Assembly (NCBI GenBank): GCA_964567575.1
Contig: CAZMMZ010000005.1
Coordinates: 28,715 to 67,177 of the forward strand
Reading direction: 5' to 3'
DNA from: Candidatus Undinarchaeota archaeon
Lineage (GTDB): Archaea > Undinarchaeota > Undinarchaeia > Undinarchaeales > UBA543
Length of the DNA: 38,463 nucleotides
A program made the position numbers and the translations under genes. The notes under the pieces are model-generated. The model saw nothing but the letters and a program-made list of their open reading frames with translations, searched no databases and had not been told where the DNA came from. This document shows, piece after piece, positions 1-9,866 of the stretch; position 1 is the stretch's first letter; each line of letters opens with the position of its first letter.

Positions 1-2
1 AA

Positions 3-350
3 ATGACAAAATTCAAAATTAAAGCAACAATGAAAGAAAACTGGCGCTATATTGTATTTGATTTAATATCAAAAACCACAAGCAAGGAACAGGATATTGT
101 CAGAGCAATAACAGGTTCTATTCTAAAAATGTTTGGGGATATTGGAGCATCAAAAACAAATGTTTGGCTTATTGAATATGATGCTAAAACAAAAAAAGGA
201 ATTGTTAGATGCTCACATACTGCAGTTCAAACAGTTGTTGCTTCAATGACTAGTATAACAAAATTAAATGACGCAGAAGCAGCTTTTGTTGTTCAAGGTG
301 TTTCTGGAACTATCAAGAAAGCGAAAGAGAAGTTCTTAGCAAATGTATAA
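3..350 (+). CDS. rnp2: RNase P protein component Pop5/Rpp14
   Basis: N-terminal RYIVFDLI motif, GIVRC and VQGVSGTIKKA C-terminal motif; canonical position directly upstream of psmA. Confidence 0.9.
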   Translation: MTKFKIKATMKENWRYIVFDLISKTTSKEQDIVRAITGSILKMFGDIGASKTNVWLIEYDAKTKKGIVRCSHTAVQTVVASMTSITKLNDAEAAFVVQGVSGTIKKAKEKFLANV

Positions 351-382
351 ATACAACAAATCAATACCAAACGTTCATTAGT

Positions 383-394
383 TAAACTTATATA
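383..394 (+). promoter_or_regulatory. BRE/TATA-like promoter and Shine-Dalgarno (GAGGTGA, 405-411) upstream of psmA
   Basis: TAAACTTATATA upstream of ATG 419; same AAA-C-TTATA pattern recurs before many genes in the window. Confidence 0.6.
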
Positions 395-418
395 CAACTA
401 TATTGAGGTGAATAAATA

Positions 419-1171
419 ATGGGAACGGAAATGCAACCCCCACAAATGATGGGATATGACCGAGCAATAACTGTTTTCTCGCCACAAGGCCGATTATATC
501 AGGTCGAGTATGCGAGAGAAGCAGTCAAGAAAGGGACAGTGTCTCTTGGAATTGTTTTCAAGGACGGCGTTCTTCTCGCTGCAGACAAGAATGTGAATGA
601 AAACCTTATGGTTCCACATTCTGTTGAAAAGCTATTCCAAATTGATGAGCACATGGGTGCAGCAACTTCCGGTCTTGTGGCTGATGGTCGCAGGATTATA
701 GACCGTGCAAGAGTAATTGCGCAGTCTCATAGGATAACATATGACGAACCAATTGGTGTAAGTACACTCACAAAAGAAATCTGTGATTACAAGCAATTGC
801 ACACACAAGTCGCTGGAGTCAGACCATTCGGAACCGCACTCTTGCTTGCTGGTGTTGACAATGGAAAACCACAGCTCTTTGAAACAGATCCAAGTGGATC
901 ATTCTGGGAGTACAATGCAACTGCAATTGGTGAAGGCATTGAAAAGGTCAAAGAAATATTCGAGAAAGGATACAAAGATGGAATGGATCTTGACCAAGCT
1001 GTTGAGCTAGGCTTAAAAGCACTATACACAGGAACACAAGAACGATTCAATGAACAAAGCATCGAAGTGGCATACATTGATCTTAAAGGAAAGTTCCACA
1101 AAATCAGCTTAGAAAAAGTAAAAGATTACATCCTAAAAGTAATTGGGAATGTAAAGAAAGTAAAAAAATAA
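419..1171 (+). CDS. psmA: Proteasome alpha subunit
   Basis: GYDRAITVFSPQGRLYQVEYA signature, GVRPFG motif. Confidence 0.98.
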   Translation: MGTEMQPPQMMGYDRAITVFSPQGRLYQVEYAREAVKKGTVSLGIVFKDGVLLAADKNVNENLMVPHSVEKLFQIDEHMGAATSGLVADGRRIIDRARVIAQSHRITYDEPIGVSTLTKEICDYKQLHTQVAGVRPFGTALLLAGVDNGKPQLFETDPSGSFWEYNATAIGEGIEKVKEIFEKGYKDGMDLDQAVELGLKALYTGTQERFNEQSIEVAYIDLKGKFHKISLEKVKDYILKVIGNVKKVKK

Positions 1172-1213
1172 AATCATACTCATCTCATTTTGATGATTGT
1201 GTAGGAGAATAAA

Positions 1214-1912
1214 TTGGTAAGTATCGACAAAGCCGTCCTTGCACGTTTTAGCCAAGGTGGCCATAATTTCGAAATATACGTCGACCCTGTCCTTGCGGTT
1301 AAACTCAAGGATTCGGATCCGAATGTTAGTGTAAGAGATGTTCTTGCTGCTAACGAAGTTTACAAAGACGCTAGACAAGGAGACAAAGCATCTGAAACTA
1401 TCATGCAAGATGTTTTTGGAACTTCTGATGTTGAAAAAGTAGCGTATGAAATCATAACAAAAGGTAGCGTTCAACTCACCACCGAACAAAGAAAACAAAT
1501 GGTGGATGAGAAGAAACGAGCTATTATCGCGATAATCGCGCGAGAGGCATACAACCCACAAACCAAAACGCCTCACCCGCCTCAAAGAATCGAAACCGCA
1601 ATGGATGAGGCTCGCGTTTCAATAAATCCTTCTGTAAAAGCAGAGGATCAAGTTGAAAAGATTGTGCAAGACCTTAAGCCACTGATTCCAATAAGTATGG
1701 AAAGGCTCAAAATAGAGGTTATTGTTCCGCCGGAATATACTGGAAAAGTTTACGGAATGTTGAAACACCATTCTCTTGAAAAAGAGACATGGGACGACAA
1801 CGGATTCCTAAAAGCAATTGTTGTTATTCCTGCAGGACTTGAAACTGACTTCTATGATGAAATTCAAAACGAAACAAAAGGGCAAGCACAATTTAATCGA
1901 TTAAATAATTAA
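1214..1912 (+). CDS. sdo1: Ribosome assembly factor SBDS/Sdo1 (TTG start)
   Basis: FEIYVDP, NPQTKTPHPPQRIE motifs; GGAG SD at 1204-1207; superoperon position. Confidence 0.95.
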   Translation: MVSIDKAVLARFSQGGHNFEIYVDPVLAVKLKDSDPNVSVRDVLAANEVYKDARQGDKASETIMQDVFGTSDVEKVAYEIITKGSVQLTTEQRKQMVDEKKRAIIAIIAREAYNPQTKTPHPPQRIETAMDEARVSINPSVKAEDQVEKIVQDLKPLIPISMERLKIEVIVPPEYTGKVYGMLKHHSLEKETWDDNGFLKAIVVIPAGLETDFYDEIQNETKGQAQFNRLNN

Positions 1913-1930
1913 GGAGAAATAAAAAATAAA

Positions 1931-2821
1931 ATGACTTTACAAATAGAAAATAGACAATTAGTTCTTCCTGGCGACAAAATCGCAGAAGGAGACTACTTGT
2001 TAGGAGAAGGAACTTATAGAGAAGGGACAGGTGTTTTTTCAACTGTTCTTGGACTCTTAGACGCAAAGGAATCTTTTCTTAAAGTGATTCCACTTAAAGG
2101 AAAATATGTTCCAAAGCCAGGTGACCTATTAATTGGTGTCATCACAGATATTGCATTCTCAATGTGGAATGTAGAAATCAATTCCCATTATTCGGGAGTT
2201 CTTTCAGTTTCAAATGGTGTAGAGCGCTACATTGATCTCAATAGTGAGCGCCTATCAGATATCTACGCCATTGGTGATGTTATCCTCGCAAAAGTGGATA
2301 ATGTCTCTGAATCTTTGGCTGCTGGATTAACAATGAAAGACAGAGGTCTCTACAAATTAAATGAAGGAAAACTCATAGAGATTAGTCCAACAAAAGTTCC
2401 TAGAATAATTGGAAAGAAAGGAACAATGATTCAAATGCTCAAAGATAAAACTGGTTGCAGAATTGTTGTTGGCCAGAACGGACGAATTTGGATAAGCGGA
2501 GTCAGATCAGATCTTGCAATTGAAGCAATTCGATTGATTGAAAAGAACGCACACAAACAAGGTCTAACTGATGAAATACAAACTTTCCTAAATTCAAAAG
2601 TTAATGGTGGAGCTCCTGCTCCGGCAGCTGCACCTGCAACACCGGCACCAGTTGCACCAGCAAAACCTGTAGCTCCTAAAGCTCCAGCTGCTCCGGTAGC
2701 ACCTACACCGGCTACAAAGCCAGTGCCAAAGGTTAAAAAGCTAGGAGAAGCAGCTCTTCCAAAATTGAAAGGTGCTGAGAAACCAGAAAAAGATAATGTA
2801 GATGACATGGAGGTGTTTTAA
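1931..2821 (+). CDS. rrp4: Exosome RNA-binding subunit Rrp4 (S1+KH) with Pro/Ala-rich C-terminal extension
   Basis: YVPKPGDLLIG, KVPRIIGKKG KH loop, VGQNGRIWI. Confidence 0.95.
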   Translation: MTLQIENRQLVLPGDKIAEGDYLLGEGTYREGTGVFSTVLGLLDAKESFLKVIPLKGKYVPKPGDLLIGVITDIAFSMWNVEINSHYSGVLSVSNGVERYIDLNSERLSDIYAIGDVILAKVDNVSESLAAGLTMKDRGLYKLNEGKLIEISPTKVPRIIGKKGTMIQMLKDKTGCRIVVGQNGRIWISGVRSDLAIEAIRLIEKNAHKQGLTDEIQTFLNSKVNGGAPAPAAAPATPAPVAPAKPVAPKAPAAPVAPTPATKPVPKVKKLGEAALPKLKGAEKPEKDNVDDMEVF

Positions 2822-2822
2822 A

Positions 2823-3539
2823 ATGGGAGGAACAAAAACCGACGTACCTTTAATGGTCGATGGAAAAAGAAATGATGGTCGAACAGCTGATCAAATGAGA
2901 AACATTAAAATTGAAGCTGGTGTTCTTGACCGAGCCGATGGTTCAGCTTATGTTGAACTTGGTAAAACACATGCAATTGCTGCTGTTTACGGTCCAAAGG
3001 AATGTCATCCAAGACGTGTAATGAATCCTGCAAAAGGAGTTCTAAAAGTTCGATACAGTATGCTTCCTTTCTCTGTTTCTGACAGAAAAAGACCAGGTCC
3101 TGATCGCAGATCAAGAGAAATTGCAAAAGTTACACGAGAAGCTTTTGAATCTGTAATACTTCTTGACAAGTATCCAAGATCAGCAATTGAGATTGATATA
3201 AACATTCTTCAAGCTGATGCTGGAACAAGAGTAACTGGGCTCACTGCAGCTTCTGTAGCTCTTGCTGATGCAGGAATTCAGATGAAAGATCTTGTTTCTT
3301 CATGCGCAGCAGGAAAAATTGCTGACACAGTTGTTCTCGATCTTGATGGTCTTGAAGATAACTGCGGACAAGCAGATGTTCCAGTTGCAACAACTGGAAA
3401 AGATAACAAAATAACTTTGATGCAAATGGATGGTCTTATGACTAAAGCAGAATTACAACAGGCTATGAAATATGCAATACAAGGGTGCAGTACGATACAT
3501 AAAGCACAGCAAGATGCACTACGGAGGAGATACAAATGA
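2823..3539 (+). CDS. rrp41: Exosome catalytic subunit Rrp41 (likely start ATG 2823 rather than 2802)
   Basis: DGKRNDGR, AVYGPKE, RPGPDRRSRE, ADAGTR motifs of RNase PH fold. Confidence 0.96.
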   Translation: MGGTKTDVPLMVDGKRNDGRTADQMRNIKIEAGVLDRADGSAYVELGKTHAIAAVYGPKECHPRRVMNPAKGVLKVRYSMLPFSVSDRKRPGPDRRSREIAKVTREAFESVILLDKYPRSAIEIDINILQADAGTRVTGLTAASVALADAGIQMKDLVSSCAAGKIADTVVLDLDGLEDNCGQADVPVATTGKDNKITLMQMDGLMTKAELQQAMKYAIQGCSTIHKAQQDALRRRYK

Positions 3540-4324
3540 GTAAAAAAATAGTTCCAACTCTTGTAAAGAAAGCAACAAAAGCTCTTATCAAGTCTGGAAA
3601 ACGTTCAGATGGTCGAGCATTTGATGAAATGCGACCTGTTAAAATCATTGTTGGCGAATATGGACAAGCTGAAGGTTCAGCTACTGTCTGGCTCGGAAAA
3701 ACAATGGTTGCTGGCGGAATCAAGATTGGAGAAACAGAACCATATCCGGATTCACCTGATGTTGGTGTTCTTTCATCCAATGCAGAACTTGTTCCTGCAG
3801 CTGATCCACAATTCCAAGCTGGTCCCCCATCAGAGGAAGCTATTGAGCTTGCTCGTGTTGTAGACAGAGGAATTCGAGAATCAAAATGTATTGAATTAGA
3901 AAAACTTTGCATTGAACCAGGAGTTAAAACTCGTGCAGTTTTCATTGATTCATATGTTATGGATAATGATGGAAATTACATGGATGCTTCTTCAATTGCA
4001 GCTATAACCGCATTACATAATGCTGTTGTTCCAGACTTTGGTCCACTACCAATTAGCAAAAAACCAATTGCAAATACTTTTATAAAGGTGGGTAGTGACA
4101 TATTGCTGGATCCAACTTTAGAAGAAGAACACGTTGCTGATGCACGACTTACCATAACAATTGAAGATAACAACATGGTTTGCGCAATGCAAAAAGCAAA
4201 TTCCGGTTCTTGGACTGAAGAAGAAGTTTCAAAGTGTATTGATATTGCTATCAAACGCGCTACTGAAACCAGGCAAAAAGTGGAGGCAGCATTAGCAGCT
4301 GTTAAGACAACAAATGACAACTAA
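3536..4324 (+). CDS. rrp42: Exosome subunit Rrp42
   Basis: [34 protein letters not shown] motifs. Confidence 0.96.
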   Translation: MSKKIVPTLVKKATKALIKSGKRSDGRAFDEMRPVKIIVGEYGQAEGSATVWLGKTMVAGGIKIGETEPYPDSPDVGVLSSNAELVPAADPQFQAGPPSEEAIELARVVDRGIRESKCIELEKLCIEPGVKTRAVFIDSYVMDNDGNYMDASSIAAITALHNAVVPDFGPLPISKKPIANTFIKVGSDILLDPTLEEEHVADARLTITIEDNNMVCAMQKANSGSWTEEEVSKCIDIAIKRATETRQKVEAALAAVKTTNDN

Positions 4325-4622
4325 AAAAGTAGGAAGCACTGGACGATATGGTGCAAAGTACGGGCGAAAAATTAAGATTCGCGTTAGAGATATTGAGGCT
4401 ATTGCAAAAGCAAAGCATCCTTGTCCAAAATGTCAGATGATTTCTGTAAAAAGAGTTGCAACTGGTGTTTGGGCATGCTCAAAATGCGGAGCTAAATTCG
4501 CAGGCGGAGCTTATGCACCTTTATCAACAACTGATAAAAAAGTAAATAAACCTGTAAATGTTGAAGATTTTGAAGCTGAACAACCTAAAGAAGTTAAAAC
4601 TTCAGAAAAGGAGGAACAATAA
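4314..4622 (+). CDS. rpl37ae: 50S ribosomal protein L37ae (eL43)
   Basis: [15 protein letters not shown]...CSKCG zinc ribbon, FAGGAY. Confidence 0.96.
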   Translation: MTTKKVGSTGRYGAKYGRKIKIRVRDIEAIAKAKHPCPKCQMISVKRVATGVWACSKCGAKFAGGAYAPLSTTDKKVNKPVNVEDFEAEQPKEVKTSEKEEQ

Positions 4623-4765
4623 TGGCTGATTACAAATGTTGGAACTGTGGAGAAGTTACATCTGAGGCAAGAGATTCTTCCGGTAGTATCCGATGTATTA
4701 AGTGCGGTTACAAGATTTTTTTCAAAGTGCGCCAACCAATTGCCAGAAAGGTTTCTTCCCGTTAA
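4622..4765 (+). CDS. rpoP: RNA polymerase subunit P (Rpo12); not in the supplied ORF track
   Basis: Own translation: [47 protein letters not shown] (47 aa), CxxC...CxxCG-IFFKVR; TAATG overlap with L37ae stop; canonical position. Confidence 0.92.
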   Translation: MADYKCWNCGEVTSEARDSSGSIRCIKCGYKIFFKVRQPIARKVSSR

Positions 4766-4769
4766 TAAG

Positions 4770-4994
4770 ATGATAACTGCAGAAGTTAAACTTGAGACAG
4801 ATAACCCACAAAGGGTTCTTGATTCATTGAAGCCAGATATGGACGATGCAAATCGCTTCTCTGTGAATGCTTCTGTTTCTGGTAAAATTCTTGTCTTCAA
4901 AATAGAGGCAAGTGACATCGCTGCTCTTAAAGCAGCATTAAATTCATATCTACGCCTTGTGCAAATTGCTCAAGGTTTGGAGGTTAAAAAATGA
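4770..4994 (+). CDS. pcc1: KEOPS complex subunit Pcc1 (true start ATG 4770, same frame as listed 4647 ORF)
   Basis: IEASDIAALKAALNSYLRLV motif; position between rpoP and pfdB. Confidence 0.9.
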   Translation: MITAEVKLETDNPQRVLDSLKPDMDDANRFSVNASVSGKILVFKIEASDIAALKAALNSYLRLVQIAQGLEVKK

Positions 4995-5359
4995 CAGAAG
5001 AAATATCCCCAGAAATGCAAAAACAAGTTATGGAATTCCAAGAAGCTCAACAAAACATTAGAATGATTCTTGGTCAGAAGTATCAATTAGAGCTTCAATT
5101 TAAAGAAATTGAAATGGCTCTTGCTGAAATTGAAAAGTCAGAAAGCAAAGAGATTCACAAAGCTGTTGGTCAAATTTTAATTAAAAGCGACAAGGAATCT
5201 ATTACAAAAGACTTGAATGAAAAGAAAGACATGATTGATGTTCGTTTGAAATCACTTCAAACTCAAGAAAAAAGTCTTTCTGAAAAATTAAAATCGCTTC
5301 AAGATAGGTTGCAAGGAGTTATTCCTAAACAACCAGAAGCAAAAGAAAAGTCCAAGTAA
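4991..5359 (+). CDS. pfdB: Prefoldin beta subunit
   Basis: Coiled coil with HKAVGQILIK hairpin motif. Confidence 0.95.
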   Translation: MTEEISPEMQKQVMEFQEAQQNIRMILGQKYQLELQFKEIEMALAEIEKSESKEIHKAVGQILIKSDKESITKDLNEKKDMIDVRLKSLQTQEKSLSEKLKSLQDRLQGVIPKQPEAKEKSK

Positions 5360-5361
5360 AG

Positions 5362-6342
5362 ATGGAACAAATTGCTGATTTTTTAAAGCAGTATTCAGGT
5401 AAGAAAGTAATTTTTATTGCGCATCATAATGCTGATCCAGATGCTGTTGGAAGTGCATTCGCTCTTTCCGAAGCTTTGAAGCAACTTGATTGTGAAACAA
5501 TAATTGGTGTTGCAGAAAGCATCAGCAAACTTTCAAAAAAAGTTATGAAGGTTCTTGGTGGAGAAGTTGTTATTGATCCAAAACTTGATTGTGATCTTGT
5601 AATTCTTCTTGATATTTCAACTCCAGGTCAACTTTCATCTTATGCAGATACTGTTGTCAATTGTTCAGTTCCTAAAGTAATAATTGATCATCATGCAATT
5701 CAAGGTGAATCATTAACAGCTGATCATAAAATTGTTGATGAGAATGCAAAGAGCACAACAGAACTTGTTCACAAACTCTTACCACTTCTTGGTGTTAAAG
5801 TATCTCGAGAGATGGCGCTTGCTATTATTCTTGGACTTATCACAGACACTGCGCATTTCAGATTCGCTAGTGTTGAAACTTTTGAGATTATGGCAAGTCT
5901 TATGAAAGAACATCAAATCGAGCCATCTGAAGTTATGGATATTCTTTCACTTATCCCAGATATCTCTGAAAGAATTGCTGTATTGAAAGGAGAACAGAGA
6001 TTAAAATTCAAAAAAGTTTCTAATTATCTTATTGCAACTACTGTTGTTGGAACTTTTGAAGCTGCAACAGCTCGCGCAATTCTAAGAAGCGGTGCTGATG
6101 TTGCAATTGTAGCAGCTCACAAAGACAAAGAAGTTCGTATTAGCATGCGTTCAAAGAGAACTTTTTCAAATGAAACGAATATCAATCTCGGTGTTGATAT
6201 TGTTCCAGAAGTCGCAAAAATAATTGATGGTAGTGGAAGTGGTCATCCAAATGCCGCTGGAGTCAATGGTCCAAATACCGATAACATTAATAAGGCCTTA
6301 GATAAAGCTGTCGAGTTAATTTCGCAGAGGTTAAACAAATGA
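5362..6342 (+). CDS. DHH/DHHA1 family phosphoesterase
   Basis: HHNADPDAVGS, IDHH, GSGHPNAAG motifs. Confidence 0.9.
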   Translation: MEQIADFLKQYSGKKVIFIAHHNADPDAVGSAFALSEALKQLDCETIIGVAESISKLSKKVMKVLGGEVVIDPKLDCDLVILLDISTPGQLSSYADTVVNCSVPKVIIDHHAIQGESLTADHKIVDENAKSTTELVHKLLPLLGVKVSREMALAIILGLITDTAHFRFASVETFEIMASLMKEHQIEPSEVMDILSLIPDISERIAVLKGEQRLKFKKVSNYLIATTVVGTFEAATARAILRSGADVAIVAAHKDKEVRISMRSKRTFSNETNINLGVDIVPEVAKIIDGSGSGHPNAAGVNGPNTDNINKALDKAVELISQRLNK

Positions 6343-6605
6343 ATCCAGGTATAATCAATCAAGTTGTTGAAACACTTTCAGAACTGTTTGCCGATGACTA
6401 TGTTCCACAGAATGTCAGAGCTAGAGCTCAAGAGGTATCTTCACTTCTTAAGAACGAGAATGAACCTATTGAATCTAGAAAAAACAAGGCGCTTCAGCAT
6501 CTTGAAGATATGTCTGTTGATACAAATATTGACATGTCAACACGCACATTCATATATCGAGCATTAAGTATGGTAGAATCTTTATCAGGAAGCGGACAGA
6601 AGTGA
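6339..6605 (+). CDS. UPF0147 family protein
   Basis: VPQNVRARA...LEDMSVDTNIDMSTRTFIY pattern; usual neighbour of sepF. Confidence 0.8.
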   Translation: MNPGIINQVVETLSELFADDYVPQNVRARAQEVSSLLKNENEPIESRKNKALQHLEDMSVDTNIDMSTRTFIYRALSMVESLSGSGQK

Positions 6606-6674
6606 CATACTTCACTTTTCCTGAGAAAACTTTATAAACAAACAAGATAATGATAATGTCCGAGGGGAGTTATA

Positions 6675-7109
6675 ATGAAGGGATTACTAGATAGAATATT
6701 AAAACCAAGTGTAGGCGCCAGAGCACCTACTCATGTATCGCGCGAGCCAAAGTATCTCGAGCTTGATTGGAAGAGTGGGAAAGCTGACGCTGCTCACGTT
6801 CTTCGAGTTTTAAATCTTAATGATTTTGCAGACGTTGAAGGAATTCTTGATCAACTACGTGATAGGAATAACGTTGTTATTCTCAAAGTCAAACCAAGCT
6901 TAGTTGCTGAAAAGATGGAGCTTAAACGAGCTCTTAAACGAATTCAGAGAACTTGCTCTGCTATTGGCGGGGATATTGCTGGTATTAAAGATGATATTAT
7001 TGTCATCACACCACCAAGCATAAAGATCCACCGTGGTGGTGCTGAACCTATACGATCTGCTGTTGAAGAGCTTCCTACAGATCCAGTATCAACAAATCCA
7101 CTAGAATAA
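6675..7109 (+). CDS. sepF: Cell division protein SepF (archaeal type)
   Basis: ELKRALKRIQ...GGDIAGI...IVITP C-terminal SepF core. Confidence 0.85.
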   Translation: MKGLLDRILKPSVGARAPTHVSREPKYLELDWKSGKADAAHVLRVLNLNDFADVEGILDQLRDRNNVVILKVKPSLVAEKMELKRALKRIQRTCSAIGGDIAGIKDDIIVITPPSIKIHRGGAEPIRSAVEELPTDPVSTNPLE

Positions 7110-7151
7110 GTTTGATTTAACTTTTTTAGAATTAAAGAAGTAGCTTAGGCG

Positions 7152-9056
7152 TTATCTCAATCTAACTGTTTCTAATGCCTTTGGTGCGTATGTATCTATC
7201 TTGTATGCTTTATGTATAGAACTTGCTAAATCAAGACACTTCATATTATCACCATGGTTCACAAGAACTCTGTCAGGTTTTGGATTTAATCTTCCTACGA
7301 AATTCATAAGAGATCTTCGGTCACTGTGACCTGAGAAACCATCAATTGTATGAACCGGTAATTTTACTTCAACAACTTCATTGTGTCCTTTATTATTCTC
7401 AAGAGTTACTCTGTCAAATCCTTTCTGGATACGCTTTCCAAGAGATCCTTCTGCTTGATATGATACAAAAACCATAGAATTCTTTTTACTTTCAGCAAGC
7501 CGTCTGAAATATTCTACAGATGGTCCGCCTGCAAGCATTCCTGATGTTGCTAAAATAACTGCTGATTCTCCACTTTCAATAAGTTCTTCTCTTTCTTTTT
7601 TGCTTCCGATTCTCTTAAATGCATCAGACATGAATGGGTTCTTGTCCTCGTGGAAAATTTGCTGTCTTAAATTTCTTGATAAGTATTCTGGATAAGCTGT
7701 GTGGATTGCGGTTGCATCCCAAATCATTCCATCAAGATAAATAGTGAATTCTCCAACTTTTTTCTGTCGTGCAAGTCTTTCAAGAACAATCATAACTTCC
7801 TGTGCGCGCCCGACAGCCAAAACAGGAATCAAAACTTTTCCTTTCTTTGCAATTGTATCTTTTATAACTTCTGCTAGTTTTGCTTCTGCATCTTGTCGTG
7901 GAGCTTGCATGTCATTTTTCCCACCGTATGTGCTTTCCATAATAAGTGTTTCAAGACGAGGGAATTTGCTTGCTGCTCCTTGAAGCAGATTTGTATTTTC
8001 GAATTTAATATCTCCTGTGTAAATAATATTATGCAATCCGTCACCAACATGGACGTGCGCCATTGAAGATCCAAGAATGTGTCCTGCTGGATAAAAAGTA
8101 AGTCTGCAATCTTGTGTTATGTCAGTTACTTCTTCATAATCTAGAGTTATTGTATGTTTGATAACTTCTTGAATATCTTTTTTTGTGAATGGGACTTTCT
8201 TTCCTTCTCGCTGTGCAATATCAACATAATCGAGTTGCAGCAAGGTCATTAAATCTCTTGTTGCTGGTGTGCAATAAACAGGTCCTTCATATCCGTACTT
8301 GAAAAGGTATGGGATAAATCCGGAGTGATCTAAGTGAGCGTGGGTTACAACAATTGCATCCAGCATTTTCAAATCAAATTCTGGTGCATTTAGATAAGGA
8401 TATGCATTATGTCCGTGAGCTGCTACATTAACTCCACAATCCATCAAAATTTTACTATCTTGTGTTTGAAGGAAAATAGCACTTCTTCCAACTTCTCTTG
8501 CTCCACCAAGTGTGGTAACACGAACCCATTTTTCTTCCTCTTCACCAGTTGTTGATTTTGGTCGAACTTTCCTTCCAAGAGATGCGAGGAATTTTGATCT
8601 GTCTTCCCCATTTGTGTAAAGAACATGACGAACTGTTTGAATAATCTTTGAAGGAATTACTGGAGTTCGCTCAACACGAGGTGACCATTTAATTTCTTTT
8701 TTAATTTCTCGTAAAGTTGCTCCTGCTTTTCCAATAACCAATCCTGGTTTTTTTGCTTCGATAATTACACGGCTTACACCGCTCATGAAAATAATCTCAG
8801 TTACTTCTGCTTCTTTTGGAACCATTTCCATAATTTTCTTTTTTGCTTTGTCTGGATCAACAAGAGCTGAAGCAGTAGCACGAATATCAACACGTTTTTT
8901 GTATTTGTCAACAATTCCTCTAACAATTTCTGGTTTCTCTGAAAAATAATCTGGCTTATTTGCGTAGATTACAATTTTAGATCCCTCTAATTGCACCTTT
9001 TCTACTTGTGCTTGTTTTGGTAAATCATTTTGAATTTCGTCTAGAAATACTGTCAT
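7152..9056 (-). CDS. fttA: KH-beta-CASP ribonuclease aCPSF1 (transcription termination factor FttA)
   Basis: KPGLVIGKAG KH motif, LGGAREVGRS, HAHLDH, AGHILG, DGFSGH; adjacent to psmB. Confidence 0.97.
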   Translation of the reverse strand: MTVFLDEIQNDLPKQAQVEKVQLEGSKIVIYANKPDYFSEKPEIVRGIVDKYKKRVDIRATASALVDPDKAKKKIMEMVPKEAEVTEIIFMSGVSRVIIEAKKPGLVIGKAGATLREIKKEIKWSPRVERTPVIPSKIIQTVRHVLYTNGEDRSKFLASLGRKVRPKSTTGEEEEKWVRVTTLGGAREVGRSAIFLQTQDSKILMDCGVNVAAHGHNAYPYLNAPEFDLKMLDAIVVTHAHLDHSGFIPYLFKYGYEGPVYCTPATRDLMTLLQLDYVDIAQREGKKVPFTKKDIQEVIKHTITLDYEEVTDITQDCRLTFYPAGHILGSSMAHVHVGDGLHNIIYTGDIKFENTNLLQGAASKFPRLETLIMESTYGGKNDMQAPRQDAEAKLAEVIKDTIAKKGKVLIPVLAVGRAQEVMIVLERLARQKKVGEFTIYLDGMIWDATAIHTAYPEYLSRNLRQQIFHEDKNPFMSDAFKRIGSKKEREELIESGESAVILATSGMLAGGPSVEYFRRLAESKKNSMVFVSYQAEGSLGKRIQKGFDRVTLENNKGHNEVVEVKLPVHTIDGFSGHSDRRSLMNFVGRLNPKPDRVLVNHGDNMKCLDLASSIHKAYKIDTYAPKALETVRLR

Positions 9057-9109
9057 TTAAATCAACTTCCTAAATAAGTGATTGTAAAACCCCAAAAGGA
9101 TTGCTTGTT

Positions 9110-9754
9110 TTATTTCTTTAATTCTGCGCGCATTTGGTTAATTGTTTCTTCTGAGATCTTTTCTATTCCTGATTCTTTTATTTTCCAAACGCGTACATTA
9201 TTTCCAGTTGCTGCATCTCTTTCAAGAGCGGTGTGTATGCTTTTTACAGCAAGCTTGACACCTTCTTCCATTGTCATAGTTTCTGTATATCCAGTTTCAA
9301 GCACACCATATGCTGTTGGAGATCCTGAGCCTGTTGATGAAACGTTTTTCTCGCTCATTCCTCCAGCCATATCAAGTTCGAATATTCTTCCTTTATTGTC
9401 GTATCCGCCAATTATGTTTTGGACGAACATTGGATAAAAGCGATTCTGGTGAAGAACATTTGAAAGCAATGTTGTTGCTGCCTTTACTGTTAGTTTCTTT
9501 CCATCCATTTTGTAAAGTGCAATCTGCGCTTTCATTAAGCGGACTAATGCTTGGTTGTCGCCAACCATTCCTGCTGTTGTTATTGCAATGCGATCGTCAA
9601 TTGCAAATATTTTCTGAGCTTCTTTGTCAGCAATCATGAATCCCATTGTTGCACGGGAATCAGACGCCATAATAACTCCGTCACTGCAGACAAAACCAAC
9701 AGTGGTTGTACCTTTCAAACATTTATCCATTTTTTCTTTATCCACTATCCTCAC
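9110..9754 (-). CDS. psmB: Proteasome beta subunit (start may be GTG 9745 or ATG 9730)
   Basis: KGTTTVG propeptide/catalytic Thr, DSRAT, STGSGS; GGTGAGG SD overlaps the listed start. Confidence 0.96.
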   Translation of the reverse strand: MRIVDKEKMDKCLKGTTTVGFVCSDGVIMASDSRATMGFMIADKEAQKIFAIDDRIAITTAGMVGDNQALVRLMKAQIALYKMDGKKLTVKAATTLLSNVLHQNRFYPMFVQNIIGGYDNKGRIFELDMAGGMSEKNVSSTGSGSPTAYGVLETGYTETMTMEEGVKLAVKSIHTALERDAATGNNVRVWKIKESGIEKISEETINQMRAELKK

Positions 9755-9866
9755 CTTTAATCTTTGTAAAACTTTAAAATTGCTTCTGCTATTGTGTTAT
9801 ATGCAGAACTTATAAAGGTTTTGATTCATCCCTAAATTTAAATACAGGTGCTCATAATCGCCTACT

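Noticed and set aside
2431-2808. 125-aa Gly/Ala-rich minus-strand ORF
   Set aside because: Antisense shadow of the Pro/Ala-rich Rrp4 tail
4647-4769. Listed long start of the Pcc1 ORF
   Set aside because: This stretch is RpoP in another frame; Pcc1 starts at ATG 4770
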